This document shows positions 27,742-38,560 of a stretch of 62,876 bases of DNA, piece after piece. The position numbers were made by a program, and so were the translations under genes. Numbering within the stretch: the stretch's first letter is position 1; the number at the start of each line of letters is the position of its first letter. The DNA is taken from the NCBI GenBank assembly GCA_003553505.1, contig PWEN01000042.1, positions 1 through 62,876 of the forward strand. The letters run 5' to 3'. This DNA is from Candidatus Nealsonbacteria bacterium (GTDB lineage Bacteria; Patescibacteriota; Minisyncoccia; Minisyncoccales; PWPS01). Under the pieces are notes generated by a model. The model had not been told where the DNA came from. It worked only from the letters and a program-made list of their open reading frames with translations, and made no database searches.

Positions 27742-28877
27742 CTTTTAAGATACTCTTTAATATATGATGCTATTATCTTTGCTGATTTAGGATTATAGAA
27801 CTCTGCCGCTCTTTTACTCATAACTCTCAACTGCTCTCTTGGAGAAAACAGTTGCTTTAGTTTTTCCAAAAAGAAGTGCGGCGTAAGATTTTGTTCTTCC
27901 ATCACTATTGCTGCACCGGTGTCGGCGTAGTAGTAAGCGTTTTTTGTTTGGTGATCTTGTGCTGCTTCCGGAAGAGGTAGTAAAATGCTTGGTTTTTCGT
28001 TTGCTGATATCTCGAATATACTTCCCGACCCTGCTCTACTTACCACAAGATCTGCTACAGCATAAGCGTTTCTCATCTTTTCTTCATCGAAAAAGGAGTA
28101 TGGATGATAGTATTTTTTCTTTTCTTTTTCGAGCACCACTGCCTCTACTTGTTTGGACACATAATCTATATTCTCTTTTCCGCACTGGTGTATTATTTCA
28201 AAGTGCTCCAACATATCCCCTATCCCGGAAAGGATGAGTTCATTTACTCTGTTGCTTCCTTGTGAGCCGCCGAGCACAAGTATGACGGGCTTTTCTCTTG
28301 TAAGAGAGAACATTTCTATCGCTTTCTCTTTATCGCCTCCCGTTACTCCTTCTCTTATGGGATTTCCTACCGTAATCTTTTTTTTGGGATTTACGCCTTT
28401 TGTGTCTTGAAAAGAAACAAAAGTCTCTAGTGCTATTTTTTGCAGAAGCTTATTTGTTGTTCCCGGGATAATATCTGACTCATGAAAGAATACGGGGGTT
28501 CGAAATATGTATGCGCTGATTACTGCCGGAAGTGATCCGTATCCTCCCTTGCTAAAGACAAGATCGGGAGCACTTTTGAACATATATACAGAAGACTGTA
28601 TTATTCCCACAGGGATCTTAAAGAGCACATCAACTATGTTCTGTAAAAAAGATGCGGGTGTAAAGTATCTTCTTAGCTTTCCGGCGTATATATATTTAAC
28701 TTTTATTCCTTTGTTCTCTATATACTCACGAGCTATCTCCTCTTGAGGGCCTATATATTCTATCTCCAACAGTTCTTCGGGAACTGTCTTTTTTAGTTCT
28801 CGTATAACAGAAACTAAGGGGAAGATATGCCCCCCTGTTCCTCCTCCTGTAAATGTTACCTTAAACCTTTTTTTCAT
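27738..28877 (-). CDS. murG: Lipid II GlcNAc transferase MurG
   Basis: GGGTGGH, KGGY, HES, GNPIR, GGSQG, SRAG, DHQ..NA. Confidence 0.95.
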   Translation of the reverse strand: MKKRFKVTFTGGGTGGHIFPLVSVIRELKKTVPEELLEIEYIGPQEEIAREYIENKGIKVKYIYAGKLRRYFTPASFLQNIVDVLFKIPVGIIQSSVYMFKSAPDLVFSKGGYGSLPAVISAYIFRTPVFFHESDIIPGTTNKLLQKIALETFVSFQDTKGVNPKKKITVGNPIREGVTGGDKEKAIEMFSLTREKPVILVLGGSQGSNRVNELILSGIGDMLEHFEIIHQCGKENIDYVSKQVEAVVLEKEKKKYYHPYSFFDEEKMRNAYAVADLVVSRAGSGSIFEISANEKPSILLPLPEAAQDHQTKNAYYYADTGAAIVMEEQNLTPHFFLEKLKQLFSPREQLRVMSKRAAEFYNPKSAKIIASYIKEYLKR

Positions 28878-29970
28878 TTTGTTTTGAAGCGTTAAGAAGT
28901 AGTCCTAATGCGGCAAGTTCGGCAATAATGTGTGACTTTCCATAACTTATTAATGGAAGAGGTATTCCCGTAAGTGGAACCAGTCCCACCATTGAGCCCA
29001 TATTAATGAATGCTTGCACAAAAAACCATGACGTTATTCCTATAACGACAATTCTTGTGAACTGATCTTTGCTGTTTTTAGCTATAACAAATCCTCTCCA
29101 AAAAAGCAAGAGGAAAAGAGCAACAAGAATCACGCTTCCGATAAATCCTGTTTCTTCTGCAAATATTGCAAATATGGAGTCTGTTGTGCAAAAAGGGAGA
29201 AATCCAAACTTTTGATAGCTCATTCCGAAACCGGAGCCTATCAATCCTCCCGAGCCTACGGCAATCAGCGCTTGTTTTATCTGATAAGTTAGGTCTAAAG
29301 AGTCAAGATCGGGATTTAGCATTGCTTTTATTCTCCTTAGACGGTAAGGCTCTATTTTCACAAGCACAAAAAGCAGTGTTGCTCCCGCCCCTAAGAGAGT
29401 CAGCATGTGCCAAAGAGGGGTGTTTGCAACAAAATACATAATCATTGCGGATATAAATATCACTCCCAAAGTGCTTATGTCCGGCTGCATTATGAGCATT
29501 CCTCCCACTATTGCCGATATTGCAAAGAAGGGAATAAGAGTGTTTTTAGCGGACTTTTTGCTTCCTTTTTCTGCTGTTCTCGTCGAGAGCCAACTTGCAA
29601 GATAGATTATAAAGGTAAGCTTTAATATTTCCGAGGGCTGAAATGATAAGGGGCCAAGTTCCACCCATCTTATTGCTCCCCTACTCCCTTCTCCGAAATA
29701 CGGTATAAAGACCATAAGGAGCAAGACTGTTGTTATGCCGAGAAATAACGGGGACCACTTTTTAATAAAAGAAAGCGGTGTTTTATAGATAGCAAAGGCC
29801 AGAACTATTCCCGGCAAAAATCCCAACAAAACTTGTTGTAAGAAAAAGTAATAAGGGTGTCCCGTGAGTTCTTGTGATTCGAGCGCCGACACTCCTGCAA
29901 GAACAAAAAGCCCTAGCAGCACTATAACCAGAGCTATCGCTATCAGTATGTAATCGGGACCTTTTTTCAT
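28861..29970 (-). CDS. ftsW: SEDS protein FtsW
   Basis: GAIRW, FQPSE..K, QPD, TDSIF...AEE.G, PLTGIPLP.ISYG. Confidence 0.92.
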   Translation of the reverse strand: MKKGPDYILIAIALVIVLLGLFVLAGVSALESQELTGHPYYFFLQQVLLGFLPGIVLAFAIYKTPLSFIKKWSPLFLGITTVLLLMVFIPYFGEGSRGAIRWVELGPLSFQPSEILKLTFIIYLASWLSTRTAEKGSKKSAKNTLIPFFAISAIVGGMLIMQPDISTLGVIFISAMIMYFVANTPLWHMLTLLGAGATLLFVLVKIEPYRLRRIKAMLNPDLDSLDLTYQIKQALIAVGSGGLIGSGFGMSYQKFGFLPFCTTDSIFAIFAEETGFIGSVILVALFLLLFWRGFVIAKNSKDQFTRIVVIGITSWFFVQAFINMGSMVGLVPLTGIPLPLISYGKSHIIAELAALGLLLNASKQNEKKV

Positions 29971-29971
29971 T

Positions 29972-31084
29972 TTAACCAAGTAACTGGACAACAACTCCCA
30001 CTATGGCCACCACAACTCCGATTATCCAAAAACGCATTGTCACCTTATAGTGTGGCCATCCTTTTGCCTCAAAGTGATGATGTATCGGTGCGGCAAGAAG
30101 CAGTTTTTTGTTTCTGAACTTTTTTGATAGAAGTTGTAATATAACAGAGCCGGACTCAAGAACAAGAAGAAAAGCGATTATGGGAAGTACAACCACCGCA
30201 TTTGTTAGAAAAGCTATCACTGTCAGTGTTGTTGTTAGTCCCAGTATTCCTGTTTCTCCCATATAAAAACGTGCAGGAGGAATGTTAAACCAAAGAAAAG
30301 CAAGTAAGGCCCCTACTATAACAAGACAAAAAGCGGCGATATTTATTTGTCCTTGTGCAAGGGAAATTACTGCGTAAGCAGTAAACATAGAAGCAAATGC
30401 TCCACCTGATAGACCGTCAATTCCATCTATTACTCCTCCACTGTAAACTGCCAGCATAACAATAATAAAGATAGGCAAGAAAAGAAGCCCTACAAAGAAC
30501 TCTCCTACTCCGGGAATATGTATTACATCTTGTCCTAGCTTGAAGTAAAACCACCAAGCACCGACAGAACCAATAAGTGCGACGAGAATAAGGCGATAAC
30601 GCAAACTGAGACCTCCTCCGATATACTTTTTTGTTCCTTCCCATAAAGGAGAAAATATCTTGCTTTTTGGTTTTTCCATCACTTGCAGGAGATCATCCAG
30701 TAATCCTACAAGGGAAGCGGTCACAAGCGTAAAAAGGGGTAGCCAAGTTTGTTCACGTGAGAGAAACTCCAGTCTGTTTATGATGGTATTATCAGAAACA
30801 TAAGAAAGAGCCAAGAAAACAAAAGAGACCACCAAGGGAGTTATCCATATAAGCAACCCTCCCATGCGAGGGACTCTTGTTTCGTTGTCGGAGTGAAACT
30901 TCTTAAAGAAAACTACATCTGATCCGTCTATCGCCTTTTCACGGACCTCTTTTCTCCAGAACTTGTTCTTGTAGAGAAAGCTTGTTAGTGCGGGAGTAAA
31001 AAGAAAAGCAAAAAGAAAAGCAAATGTTCCCAGTGAAAATATTTTTATTGCGCTTGAAATTGCTTCTGGGCCGTTTTCTATCAT
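29972..31084 (-). CDS. mraY: Phospho-MurNAc-pentapeptide transferase
   Basis: PRMGG, GLLDD, DGIDGL, FN..PA...MG, APIHHHFE. Confidence 0.93.
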   Translation of the reverse strand: MIENGPEAISSAIKIFSLGTFAFLFAFLFTPALTSFLYKNKFWRKEVREKAIDGSDVVFFKKFHSDNETRVPRMGGLLIWITPLVVSFVFLALSYVSDNTIINRLEFLSREQTWLPLFTLVTASLVGLLDDLLQVMEKPKSKIFSPLWEGTKKYIGGGLSLRYRLILVALIGSVGAWWFYFKLGQDVIHIPGVGEFFVGLLFLPIFIIVMLAVYSGGVIDGIDGLSGGAFASMFTAYAVISLAQGQINIAAFCLVIVGALLAFLWFNIPPARFYMGETGILGLTTTLTVIAFLTNAVVVLPIIAFLLVLESGSVILQLLSKKFRNKKLLLAAPIHHHFEAKGWPHYKVTMRFWIIGVVVAIVGVVVQLLG

Positions 31085-32013
31085 CAGAACTTATATGATT
31101 TATGTATATAATCTATCATTTTTTCCATCTCTTGAAATCTATCCTCTGCTCCGAGCACGACGTTTATGATGTATCCTTTCTCTTGCGGCGATTCTATTAC
31201 CATCAAGAGACATCCTTTTGCACTTAGTGTCCATCCTGTCTTTCCGCCGACAATTCTGTTCTTCCACTCTTTATCTCTTGAAAAAAGGAACTCGTTGGTG
31301 TTGATTGTTACATAGTAAAGACTTTTATCGTAAGAGTATACCCTGTAGGAAGGAGTGTTCATGATAGAGAAAAGATCACTGTTCTCTAAGGTGTATTTTG
31401 CTGTTTTATAGATCTCTCTTGCTGTAGACATGTTTGCACCTCCTCTCTCGTCTAGTCCGCTCGGATTTATAAAAGATGTATTTGAAAGTCCTATCTCCTT
31501 TGCTTTTTTGTTCATCTCTTTTACAAATCCTTTTTCCAGAAAGCGATTATCTTGCATAGCAAGTGCGTTTGCAATGCTGTTATTTGACTCCAAGAGAAGA
31601 GGATAAAGAGTATCCCCTATTTTTGTATCGTTCCATATGCGCAAGTCAGACAGGCCCGGATTTGTCATTATGTCTTTTTGGGTTACATTTATCGGAGCAT
31701 TTAGATCATACTCTTCATACACCAAAAGTGCGGTAAATATTTTACTTATGCTTGCTATAGATAGCTGTTTGTCGATATTTTTGTCGTAAAGAATTCTTTT
31801 CTGGTTACCATCCCAGAAAACGGATATCGCCGCAGAAGCGTCTATTTCCGTGTTCCCGCTTTTTATTTTTTCCGGATAGGGTTTTTGTGTATATATCTCT
31901 TTATACTGTATCTCTTCTCCCTGTGACCAAGTTACCGTCCAAAGAAAAAACAAAGACGAGATTAAACAAAAAGCAAAAGCGGATCTTCTGTATGTTTTTC
32001 TTTTTATTTTCAT
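31084..32013 (-). CDS. D-Ala-D-Ala carboxypeptidase (S11 family)
   Basis: SISK, SNN, F.NPSGLD, KTG. Confidence 0.88.
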   Translation of the reverse strand: MKIKRKTYRRSAFAFCLISSLFFLWTVTWSQGEEIQYKEIYTQKPYPEKIKSGNTEIDASAAISVFWDGNQKRILYDKNIDKQLSIASISKIFTALLVYEEYDLNAPINVTQKDIMTNPGLSDLRIWNDTKIGDTLYPLLLESNNSIANALAMQDNRFLEKGFVKEMNKKAKEIGLSNTSFINPSGLDERGGANMSTAREIYKTAKYTLENSDLFSIMNTPSYRVYSYDKSLYYVTINTNEFLFSRDKEWKNRIVGGKTGWTLSAKGCLLMVIESPQEKGYIINVVLGAEDRFQEMEKMIDYIHKSYKF

Positions 32014-33329
32014 TACGGTTTTATTCTCTTAACTCCACGATATATGAAGGTTGCGTCACGCACGTTATTTATCCCTAAAAGTTTCATTATCATTCTGCTT
32101 GGACCAAGCCCTATTCCTCCATGTGGTGGACATCCATACCTGAAGAAATCAAGATAAAATTGTAGGGACTCTATATCCATATCTTTCTCTTTTGCTTGAC
32201 TTAGTAGTTTTTCGTAGCGGTGTTCTCTTTGAGCTCCCGTGGTTATCTCAACTCCGTTCCAAAGAAGATCAAAGCTTTTTGTGAGAGATTGATCGTTTTC
32301 ATCTCTCATGTGATAAAAAGGCCTTACCTCCGAAGGATAGTCCGTTATGAAGACGAACTCATGACCAAACTTTTCTCTTGCATACTCGCTTATCTTTGTT
32401 TCTTCTTCGGGGCATATGTCTCCTTCTTTCTCTCCTTCTATGTTCATTTCGGAAAGTATCTTTTTAGCTTCTTTCATTGATATTTTTGGAAACGGTATGG
32501 ATGGCACCACCACTTCTCTTCCAAACATCTCTTTTATTTCTTCTCCATAAGTTTCTTTAACTTCTTTTATTACTGCTTGCAGCATCTTCTCTTCTTCTTC
32601 CATTATATCTTTGTGGGACTCTATGTATGAAATCTCTGCATCGTATCCCGTAAACTCTGTTGCATGTCTTGATGTGAAAGAAGGTTCTGCTCTAAAAACG
32701 GGCCCTATCTCGAACACTTTCTCAAAGCCGGCTGCCATGGCCATCTGTTTGTAGAACTGCGGAGATTGGGCGAGATATGCCTTGCGATCGAAGTATTTTA
32801 TCTCAAACACTTCTGCTCCTGACTCGCTTGCTGCAGCAATAATCTTTGGGGAGTGGACTTGTATGTATCCGTTATCTATGCAGTAGTTTCGAAAAGCGGA
32901 CTCCATTGCGCTCCATACTTTAAATATGAGCGTGTTATTTTTTTTACGAAGATCTATCCATCTCCAATCCAATCTCACCGATTGTTCTGTTTCGCTTTTT
33001 TGTCCTTTTTCAACGACTGGTATGGGAAGTTCCGGATCTGATAATGAGAGTATGTTTACTTCTTCCGCTTCCATCTCTACAGATCCTGGAGCCTGCCCCT
33101 CTTCTTTTACGTTTCCTTTTACCTCTATGACGGACTCATGACTTATCTCTTCTGCCGCCTGCATTGCCTCCTTTTTATCTTTTGTTACAACTACTTGCAA
33201 AATACCGGTGACATCACGAACAAGCAAGAACTTGATATTTCCTTGATCTCTTATTGTTTGCACAAATCCTGCTATTTTTGCTTTTTCTCCGATATGCTTT
33301 TTTATTTTGTCTATGTGTGTTCTTTGCAT
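32013..33329 (-). CDS. aspS: Aspartate--tRNA ligase, short archaeal/non-discriminating type
   Basis: 438 aa, no GAD insert; LAQSPQFYKQ, FRAE.S...RH..EF, PPHGG.G.G. Confidence 0.92.
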   Translation of the reverse strand: MQRTHIDKIKKHIGEKAKIAGFVQTIRDQGNIKFLLVRDVTGILQVVVTKDKKEAMQAAEEISHESVIEVKGNVKEEGQAPGSVEMEAEEVNILSLSDPELPIPVVEKGQKSETEQSVRLDWRWIDLRKKNNTLIFKVWSAMESAFRNYCIDNGYIQVHSPKIIAAASESGAEVFEIKYFDRKAYLAQSPQFYKQMAMAAGFEKVFEIGPVFRAEPSFTSRHATEFTGYDAEISYIESHKDIMEEEEKMLQAVIKEVKETYGEEIKEMFGREVVVPSIPFPKISMKEAKKILSEMNIEGEKEGDICPEEETKISEYAREKFGHEFVFITDYPSEVRPFYHMRDENDQSLTKSFDLLWNGVEITTGAQREHRYEKLLSQAKEKDMDIESLQFYLDFFRYGCPPHGGIGLGPSRMIMKLLGINNVRDATFIYRGVKRIKP

Positions 33330-33694
33330 TATTGTAAGTGATAATTTACTCTTTCTATTATCTCTTTTGGTGTGTAATTCGTTTTTATGAGATACTCCTT
33401 TACTCCAAGAGAGCTTGCTTCTCTTCTCGTCTCTTCATCATCATAGTTTGAGAAAGCGATCACAGGAGTGGAAGATATCTCTTCCGTATTTCTTAAATTT
33501 TTAAGAAAACTTATCCCGTTTTCTTCCGGCAGAAGAATATCAAGGATCACCATATCTGGTTTTACTTCCCTTGCCATACCGAAAGCTTCTTCTGCGTCAA
33601 TAGCAGAGTGTACCTCAAAACCTTCTCGCTGAAACCTGTCTTTGTACATATCAGCGAGCATTTTTTCGTCTTCCACAATAAGTATTTTTTTCAT
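33329..33694 (-). CDS. Stand-alone response regulator receiver
   Basis: ILIVEDE, PD..ILD..LP..NG, YLIK. Confidence 0.92.
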   Translation of the reverse strand: MKKILIVEDEKMLADMYKDRFQREGFEVHSAIDAEEAFGMAREVKPDMVILDILLPEENGISFLKNLRNTEEISSTPVIAFSNYDDEETRREASSLGVKEYLIKTNYTPKEIIERVNYHLQ

Positions 33695-33746
33695 ATTGTT
33701 AGGCGTTTATTTACTGCCTTGTATTTTAACCCATTATTAATAATAT

Positions 33747-34916
33747 TCAAAATTTTAAGGGCTTTGCAAGTATGTATCTGTTTTTTTTGTCTATTGTCGC
33801 AATAATGCAGTACTTTTCTCCGTCTTTTACTTTTAATTTTTTACGCAACTCTTCCGGTTTAATGAAAAAATTTTCTGTCATTATCTGTGACTCCCCTACT
33901 CCTTCCTCTTTCAGTTTACGTTTTAGTTTGCGCAGAGAGTCAGAGTGATAGATCACCTCAAAGACTCTTAGGAGATCATTTTCTTTTATTACTTTTTCTG
34001 ATGTGAGAAGTGATGCTTTGGAGCTTATTCTTTTTATGTTGTATTTTTTTGCCAGCTCGTCTATAAGACTTGCTTTTATTACCGCTTTATTAGGCTTATA
34101 AAGATAGTTTTGTATGCTTGTAACGGGTGCTTCTTTTTCTTTTTTTGATATAAGAGATTTTTTCCCAATTTCTGAAAAACATGTCGCTTTTCTGTGAAAG
34201 CGGTTTAGCCTTCCAAGCCAAAGCAAAGCAAGCTTGTTATTGTTTTTCTTAGAAACCACCTCTAGTCCTGGATGCTCAGGAAGTTTTTTTATTTCTTGAT
34301 CATCAAACGCGGGAGATATTTTAATGCACCCGTCTGGAATTTTCTCTAAGAGCAAGGGAGCTATCTTTTCTACTGGCGGCGTTGAATTGAAAATGGAGCG
34401 CGTTTTTGTTTTTCCGGGACGCTCTCTTTGGGGATCAAAAAAGAAAGCGTCTACCTTTTTTAGTGGCAAGTCTTCTATTCGGGAGTTTATAAAAGTTATG
34501 TTTTCTTTTACTTTGTATATTTCTGCATTCTTTTTTGCAAATTTGATGTGATCAGGGTCACTTTCTACTGCCAAAACTTTGAAGTGTTTTGCAAGTGAAA
34601 GAGAGTTTCCTCCGATTCCACATCCTACCTCCAGCACTAAGCTGTTCTCAGGGATAATCTTGAGCATCTCGCTTGCAATATAGTCTGCCAGCTCCTCTTG
34701 CGTGCTTTGCTCCAGTCCTTTACTTGTAAAGTACATTTCTTTTGCTTTTTTGAACTTTTGAGACGCCTTTCTTCTTAACTTTAAAAGAGTTGCCACATCT
34801 CTTAAACGAGCATCACTTTTCTTGAGCAGTAGTTGATCCAGCTCTTTACTTGAAAGGTGTTTATGCTTTTCAAGTAGAGACTCTCCTTCTTTTGATGTGA
34901 GAAATTCTGTGTCCAT
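33747..34916 (-). CDS. SAM-dependent methyltransferase with THUMP-like C-terminus
   Basis: LEQST, EVGCGIGG, DP.R, K.SP, P..AVIKA. Confidence 0.8.
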   Translation of the reverse strand: MDTEFLTSKEGESLLEKHKHLSSKELDQLLLKKSDARLRDVATLLKLRRKASQKFKKAKEMYFTSKGLEQSTQEELADYIASEMLKIIPENSLVLEVGCGIGGNSLSLAKHFKVLAVESDPDHIKFAKKNAEIYKVKENITFINSRIEDLPLKKVDAFFFDPQRERPGKTKTRSIFNSTPPVEKIAPLLLEKIPDGCIKISPAFDDQEIKKLPEHPGLEVVSKKNNNKLALLWLGRLNRFHRKATCFSEIGKKSLISKKEKEAPVTSIQNYLYKPNKAVIKASLIDELAKKYNIKRISSKASLLTSEKVIKENDLLRVFEVIYHSDSLRKLKRKLKEEGVGESQIMTENFFIKPEELRKKLKVKDGEKYCIIATIDKKNRYILAKPLKF

Positions 34917-34951
34917 TTTGCCAAACAAGTTGATTGGTGGTATTATGCGAT

Positions 34952-35353
34952 ATGCTTAAAAAAATAGAAGTATTTCTTTACAAGGTAACACGCGACAAAG
35001 AGTATCGCTTTCTTTTAATGAAGCGTCCTCCTGAGAATGGAAGCGTCTGGCAACCAATAACGGGTCACGTAGAAAAAGATGAATGCCTCACTGATGCTGT
35101 AAAAAGAGAAGTGAAAGAGGAGGCAAGAGTAAGTATTGCAAGAATTGAGGGTCCATTTTACACCTTTTCCTATTATCGTGATGAAGGTGAGTATAAAGAG
35201 TATGTCTTTGGAGCGCAAGTTAAAAATGATGTGGAGATTGAGATATCACATGAGCATATAGACTTTTTTTGGGCAACTAAAGATGAAGCCTTGAATATGA
35301 TGAAGTGGCCCGACAACAAAAAAGGACTTCAAGAGCTTTACTCTAACCTGTAA
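34952..35353 (+). CDS. NUDIX pyrophosphatase
   Basis: WQPITG.VE..E....A.KRE.KEE, EH...W. Confidence 0.88.
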   Translation: MLKKIEVFLYKVTRDKEYRFLLMKRPPENGSVWQPITGHVEKDECLTDAVKREVKEEARVSIARIEGPFYTFSYYRDEGEYKEYVFGAQVKNDVEIEISHEHIDFFWATKDEALNMMKWPDNKKGLQELYSNL

Positions 35354-36065
35354 AGTGCTTTATTCCTTCTACCACCCCCTTGCAGTAGCTTTGCTTTGCT
35401 ATATAAACGTTGGGATGGTTTTTGAAGTATGTCTTTAGACTCTCTGGTGCGTTGGCAACAATAATACTATTAAATCCTTTATCCAAGGGACCCGTGTCGT
35501 TGCCCGAATCTCCTGCAAAAACAACATCGCTCTTTTGAAGCTTTAACTTATCAGAGAGGAATCCCAGCACCCCCTCTTTTCCTCCCCTTTTTGGAATTAT
35601 ATCAACAAGTCCTATGTTTTTTACGGGATCGACGGAGTATATCAATTTTGCGGGAGTGTTTTTTATGATTCTCTCCATCTCTACCAAGGAGCTTTCATCG
35701 TCCAAGTAGTAGCTTAACTTTGCTTCTTTTTGTGCATCATACTCTTGCATGTAGAGCCCTTTTATGTCCTTTAGCTTTTCTTCTAACTCTTTCCTGTTAT
35801 ATCCGTCGGACATAAGATAGTTTTCGTACTCTTCGTTTTTTTGGAAACTTTTCCCACAGTATATAGAAGTTCCCACATCTGCTCCTATAAAATCCGCTTC
35901 CGGAAGCAAAGGCATAACCTCTGCAATGAGAGACAGGTTGCGACCACTTATGTAGACCACCTTCATTCCTTCGATCTTTTTTTCAAGATCTCTTATATCC
36001 TCTATAATAAGAGGATCTTTTTTGGGGATGAGAGTGTTGTCTATATCACTTGCAAATAGTTTCAT
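35343..36065 (-). CDS. HAD-IIB hydrolase, sucrose-phosphate phosphatase-like
   Basis: SDIDNTL, SGR, DVGT.IY, KLSY, GDSGND. Confidence 0.82.
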   Translation of the reverse strand: MKLFASDIDNTLIPKKDPLIIEDIRDLEKKIEGMKVVYISGRNLSLIAEVMPLLPEADFIGADVGTSIYCGKSFQKNEEYENYLMSDGYNRKELEEKLKDIKGLYMQEYDAQKEAKLSYYLDDESSLVEMERIIKNTPAKLIYSVDPVKNIGLVDIIPKRGGKEGVLGFLSDKLKLQKSDVVFAGDSGNDTGPLDKGFNSIIVANAPESLKTYFKNHPNVYIAKQSYCKGVVEGIKHFTG

Positions 36066-37206
36066 ATGATTTTATTGCAAATATCTGCCCGGCTGCGCTC
36101 CATGCCATACGAGAAACTCCGGCAGGAGTGTTCTCTTTGCCGTGCAAGTACTCATAAAAACCCCAGTTTTCCGCCTTATTTGCTTCCGTTAAAAGATTTA
36201 AGTAGTGTGAGGCAAGATTTTTTTCTCCTATTTTGCAGAGGGCTGATACATAAAATCCGTTTATCATGGGCCACAATCCTCCATTGTGAAGCATGTGTGG
36301 CTTGTTTTTAAAACTGAAAGAGTATCTTTCTGAAAGATCTTTCCACTCTGCATTCTCTTGCGATATGACGGGATAAAAAGAAGGAACCATTCTGTTGCTT
36401 GATATCTCCGAGATGTATTCTACTATTTTTTTGCTTTGCTCTTTGCTTGAAATATCCAGCATCATACAAAGAATATTACCAAAGGCGTCAAAACGATAGC
36501 TATTTACACTAAAAGACTCCAAAAAGAACGGTTTGTCCTTTCTTAGCCTATCAAAAGTTGGTTTGTGATAGACATACTCTTGCTTGGGGTCTTGAGGCCA
36601 AAAATTTGTTCTTATCTTTTCTCTCAACCTTTTTCTTTTTTCTTCCAAATACTGATAATTTTCGCTCATCTCTGTTTTGACATCGATAAACTCATCTATT
36701 GCAGAGTAATAGAGCGCTTGATCATAAAGAAGATAACCTCTTCTCGGTATCTCGTCTGCCCAGTCGCCGGACTCTGGTACGTATATAAAATCTCTGCGAT
36801 TGAACTCCCAGCACTCAAGTAAGGAAATTGCCATGCGCATTCCCGGATAGGGTTTTAAGAGAAACTCACTGTCTTTTGTTTTTTTGTAATACCTAACGCA
36901 TCCGATAACATACCAGATAGTTGCATCTACTCTTCCTGAAGTTATTCCGTAACTAACTTCTCCTTTTTCTGGCTCTATATTGCTTGCTATCTCTCCTTGT
37001 CTTCCTTGATAATCTAAAAGCGTGTCCAAGGTTCTTTTGAAGGTGTCTATAAGCTTTTCATCTTCCGTGAGAAGGGCCGCAAGTCCTGTTATTACTCCGT
37101 CTCTTGACCAAACACGCTTGTAGTTATCACTTTTTTCCGTAGAGGCGTAGAAACCGTATTTTGAAGAGCACTCATGTAAGAGTTGGGCTGCCTCTTTGTA
37201 GGACAT
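36046..37206 (-). CDS. Glycoside hydrolase, GH100 invertase-like (alpha/alpha)6 fold
   Basis: NY.RVW.RDG, DAT.WY, GDWAD, HNGG.WP...GF, F.EY.HG, WSAAG. Confidence 0.75.
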   Translation of the reverse strand: MSYKEAAQLLHECSSKYGFYASTEKSDNYKRVWSRDGVITGLAALLTEDEKLIDTFKRTLDTLLDYQGRQGEIASNIEPEKGEVSYGITSGRVDATIWYVIGCVRYYKKTKDSEFLLKPYPGMRMAISLLECWEFNRRDFIYVPESGDWADEIPRRGYLLYDQALYYSAIDEFIDVKTEMSENYQYLEEKRKRLREKIRTNFWPQDPKQEYVYHKPTFDRLRKDKPFFLESFSVNSYRFDAFGNILCMMLDISSKEQSKKIVEYISEISSNRMVPSFYPVISQENAEWKDLSERYSFSFKNKPHMLHNGGLWPMINGFYVSALCKIGEKNLASHYLNLLTEANKAENWGFYEYLHGKENTPAGVSRMAWSAAGQIFAIKSYETICK

Positions 37207-37208
37207 AT

Positions 37209-38486
37209 TTACTCAACAGATAAAACTTCAAAAACTTTTCTATTTTTCATTATATCGTGAATATGCGCGCGCATTCTTTCAAGATTTTCTTCATTTTCTT
37301 CTTCTTTAACTCTTCCGGAGGCAGCAAAGTGTCTGTCCACTTCTTTTTCTATCTCTTCATCTGTCACCTCTATGTCCTCTTTTTCGCTTATCTTGTGCAG
37401 TATAATGGCGTAAGAAACATTTTCTTTCGCCTTCTCTCTCCACTCACTCCTTAGATCATCTTCTGTTTTATTTGTGCTCTTAAGGTACTCTTCAAATGAC
37501 ATTCCGCTTTGACTTACTTGATGCTTCATGTTTTCAAGCATATTTTCGATCTCCTTGTCAATAAGAACTTCCGGAACCTCAAACTCTACTTTTTTCTTTA
37601 TCTCCTCCATCACCTTCATCTTTAATCTTTCTGACTCTTTTGCTTTTTTATCCGCCTCAATTCCTTCTTTTATTTTTTCTTTGAGTTGTTCTATGTTTTC
37701 CACATCAGGGATAGTAGAGGCAAACTCGTCGTCTGCATCTGGCACCTCTCTTTCCATAACAGATACCATTTCTGCTTCAAAATTTACACTCTTGTTTTCT
37801 CCGGAAACGGGGATCTCGATTGAAAACTCTTTTTTATCACCTTCTTTCATTCCCAGTATATTCTCTTCAAATCCCTTGAATACATCAAGCTCTCCCTTGC
37901 CAAGTGTTACTTGAAAATCTTTTTCATCTATCTTCTTTTCTTCTTCCCCTTCAAAAGAGCCGGTAAAGTTCAAAGTTACTTTATCTCCCTCTCTTGCTTC
38001 ACGAGAAACTTTATTGACCTTGGCGCGTGACTCTCTTATTTTTTCCAATGTATCATCTATCTCTTTTTTTTCTGTTTCAACTGTTGTTTTCTCATTTTTA
38101 ACAGTGTCTTCCGCGATACTTTTGTAGTCCGGAAGCTCAAACTCCGGCATTACATACACCTCCGCTTTATACTTAACCTCTCCATCGGGGACAAGTGAAA
38201 CGATCTCTACCTTTGGTTGTGCAACAGTGAAGAGGTTGTTTTCTTGTATGATCTTGGGATAGTCTTGCTTTATCGCCTCTTTTGCTGCCTCTTCCCAGAG
38301 CTCTTTCTTTCCCATGGTGTTTTCGACCATCTCTCGGGGAGCATTTCCGGGACGAAAGCCTTTTATATTCATGTTCTCGGAAAACTCCTTTGTGACCTTG
38401 GAGAGATGCGGCTCCATCTCTTCTGGCGTCATTGTTATTTCCAACTCCCTTTTTGTTTCTGATAGTTTGTTTATTTTTACATCCAT
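37209..38486 (-). CDS. tig: Trigger factor
   Basis: GFRPG.AP, LPDY, FKBP domain (GD.V, GFEE...GM..G). Confidence 0.94.
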   Translation of the reverse strand: MDVKINKLSETKRELEITMTPEEMEPHLSKVTKEFSENMNIKGFRPGNAPREMVENTMGKKELWEEAAKEAIKQDYPKIIQENNLFTVAQPKVEIVSLVPDGEVKYKAEVYVMPEFELPDYKSIAEDTVKNEKTTVETEKKEIDDTLEKIRESRAKVNKVSREAREGDKVTLNFTGSFEGEEEKKIDEKDFQVTLGKGELDVFKGFEENILGMKEGDKKEFSIEIPVSGENKSVNFEAEMVSVMEREVPDADDEFASTIPDVENIEQLKEKIKEGIEADKKAKESERLKMKVMEEIKKKVEFEVPEVLIDKEIENMLENMKHQVSQSGMSFEEYLKSTNKTEDDLRSEWREKAKENVSYAIILHKISEKEDIEVTDEEIEKEVDRHFAASGRVKEEENEENLERMRAHIHDIMKNRKVFEVLSVE

Positions 38487-38560
38487 AACTTTTAACTTTT
38501 TAAATTTCCCTGCCAAGTATATTCTTATTTGGCATTTTTTTCAACCGCATGGTTTATATG

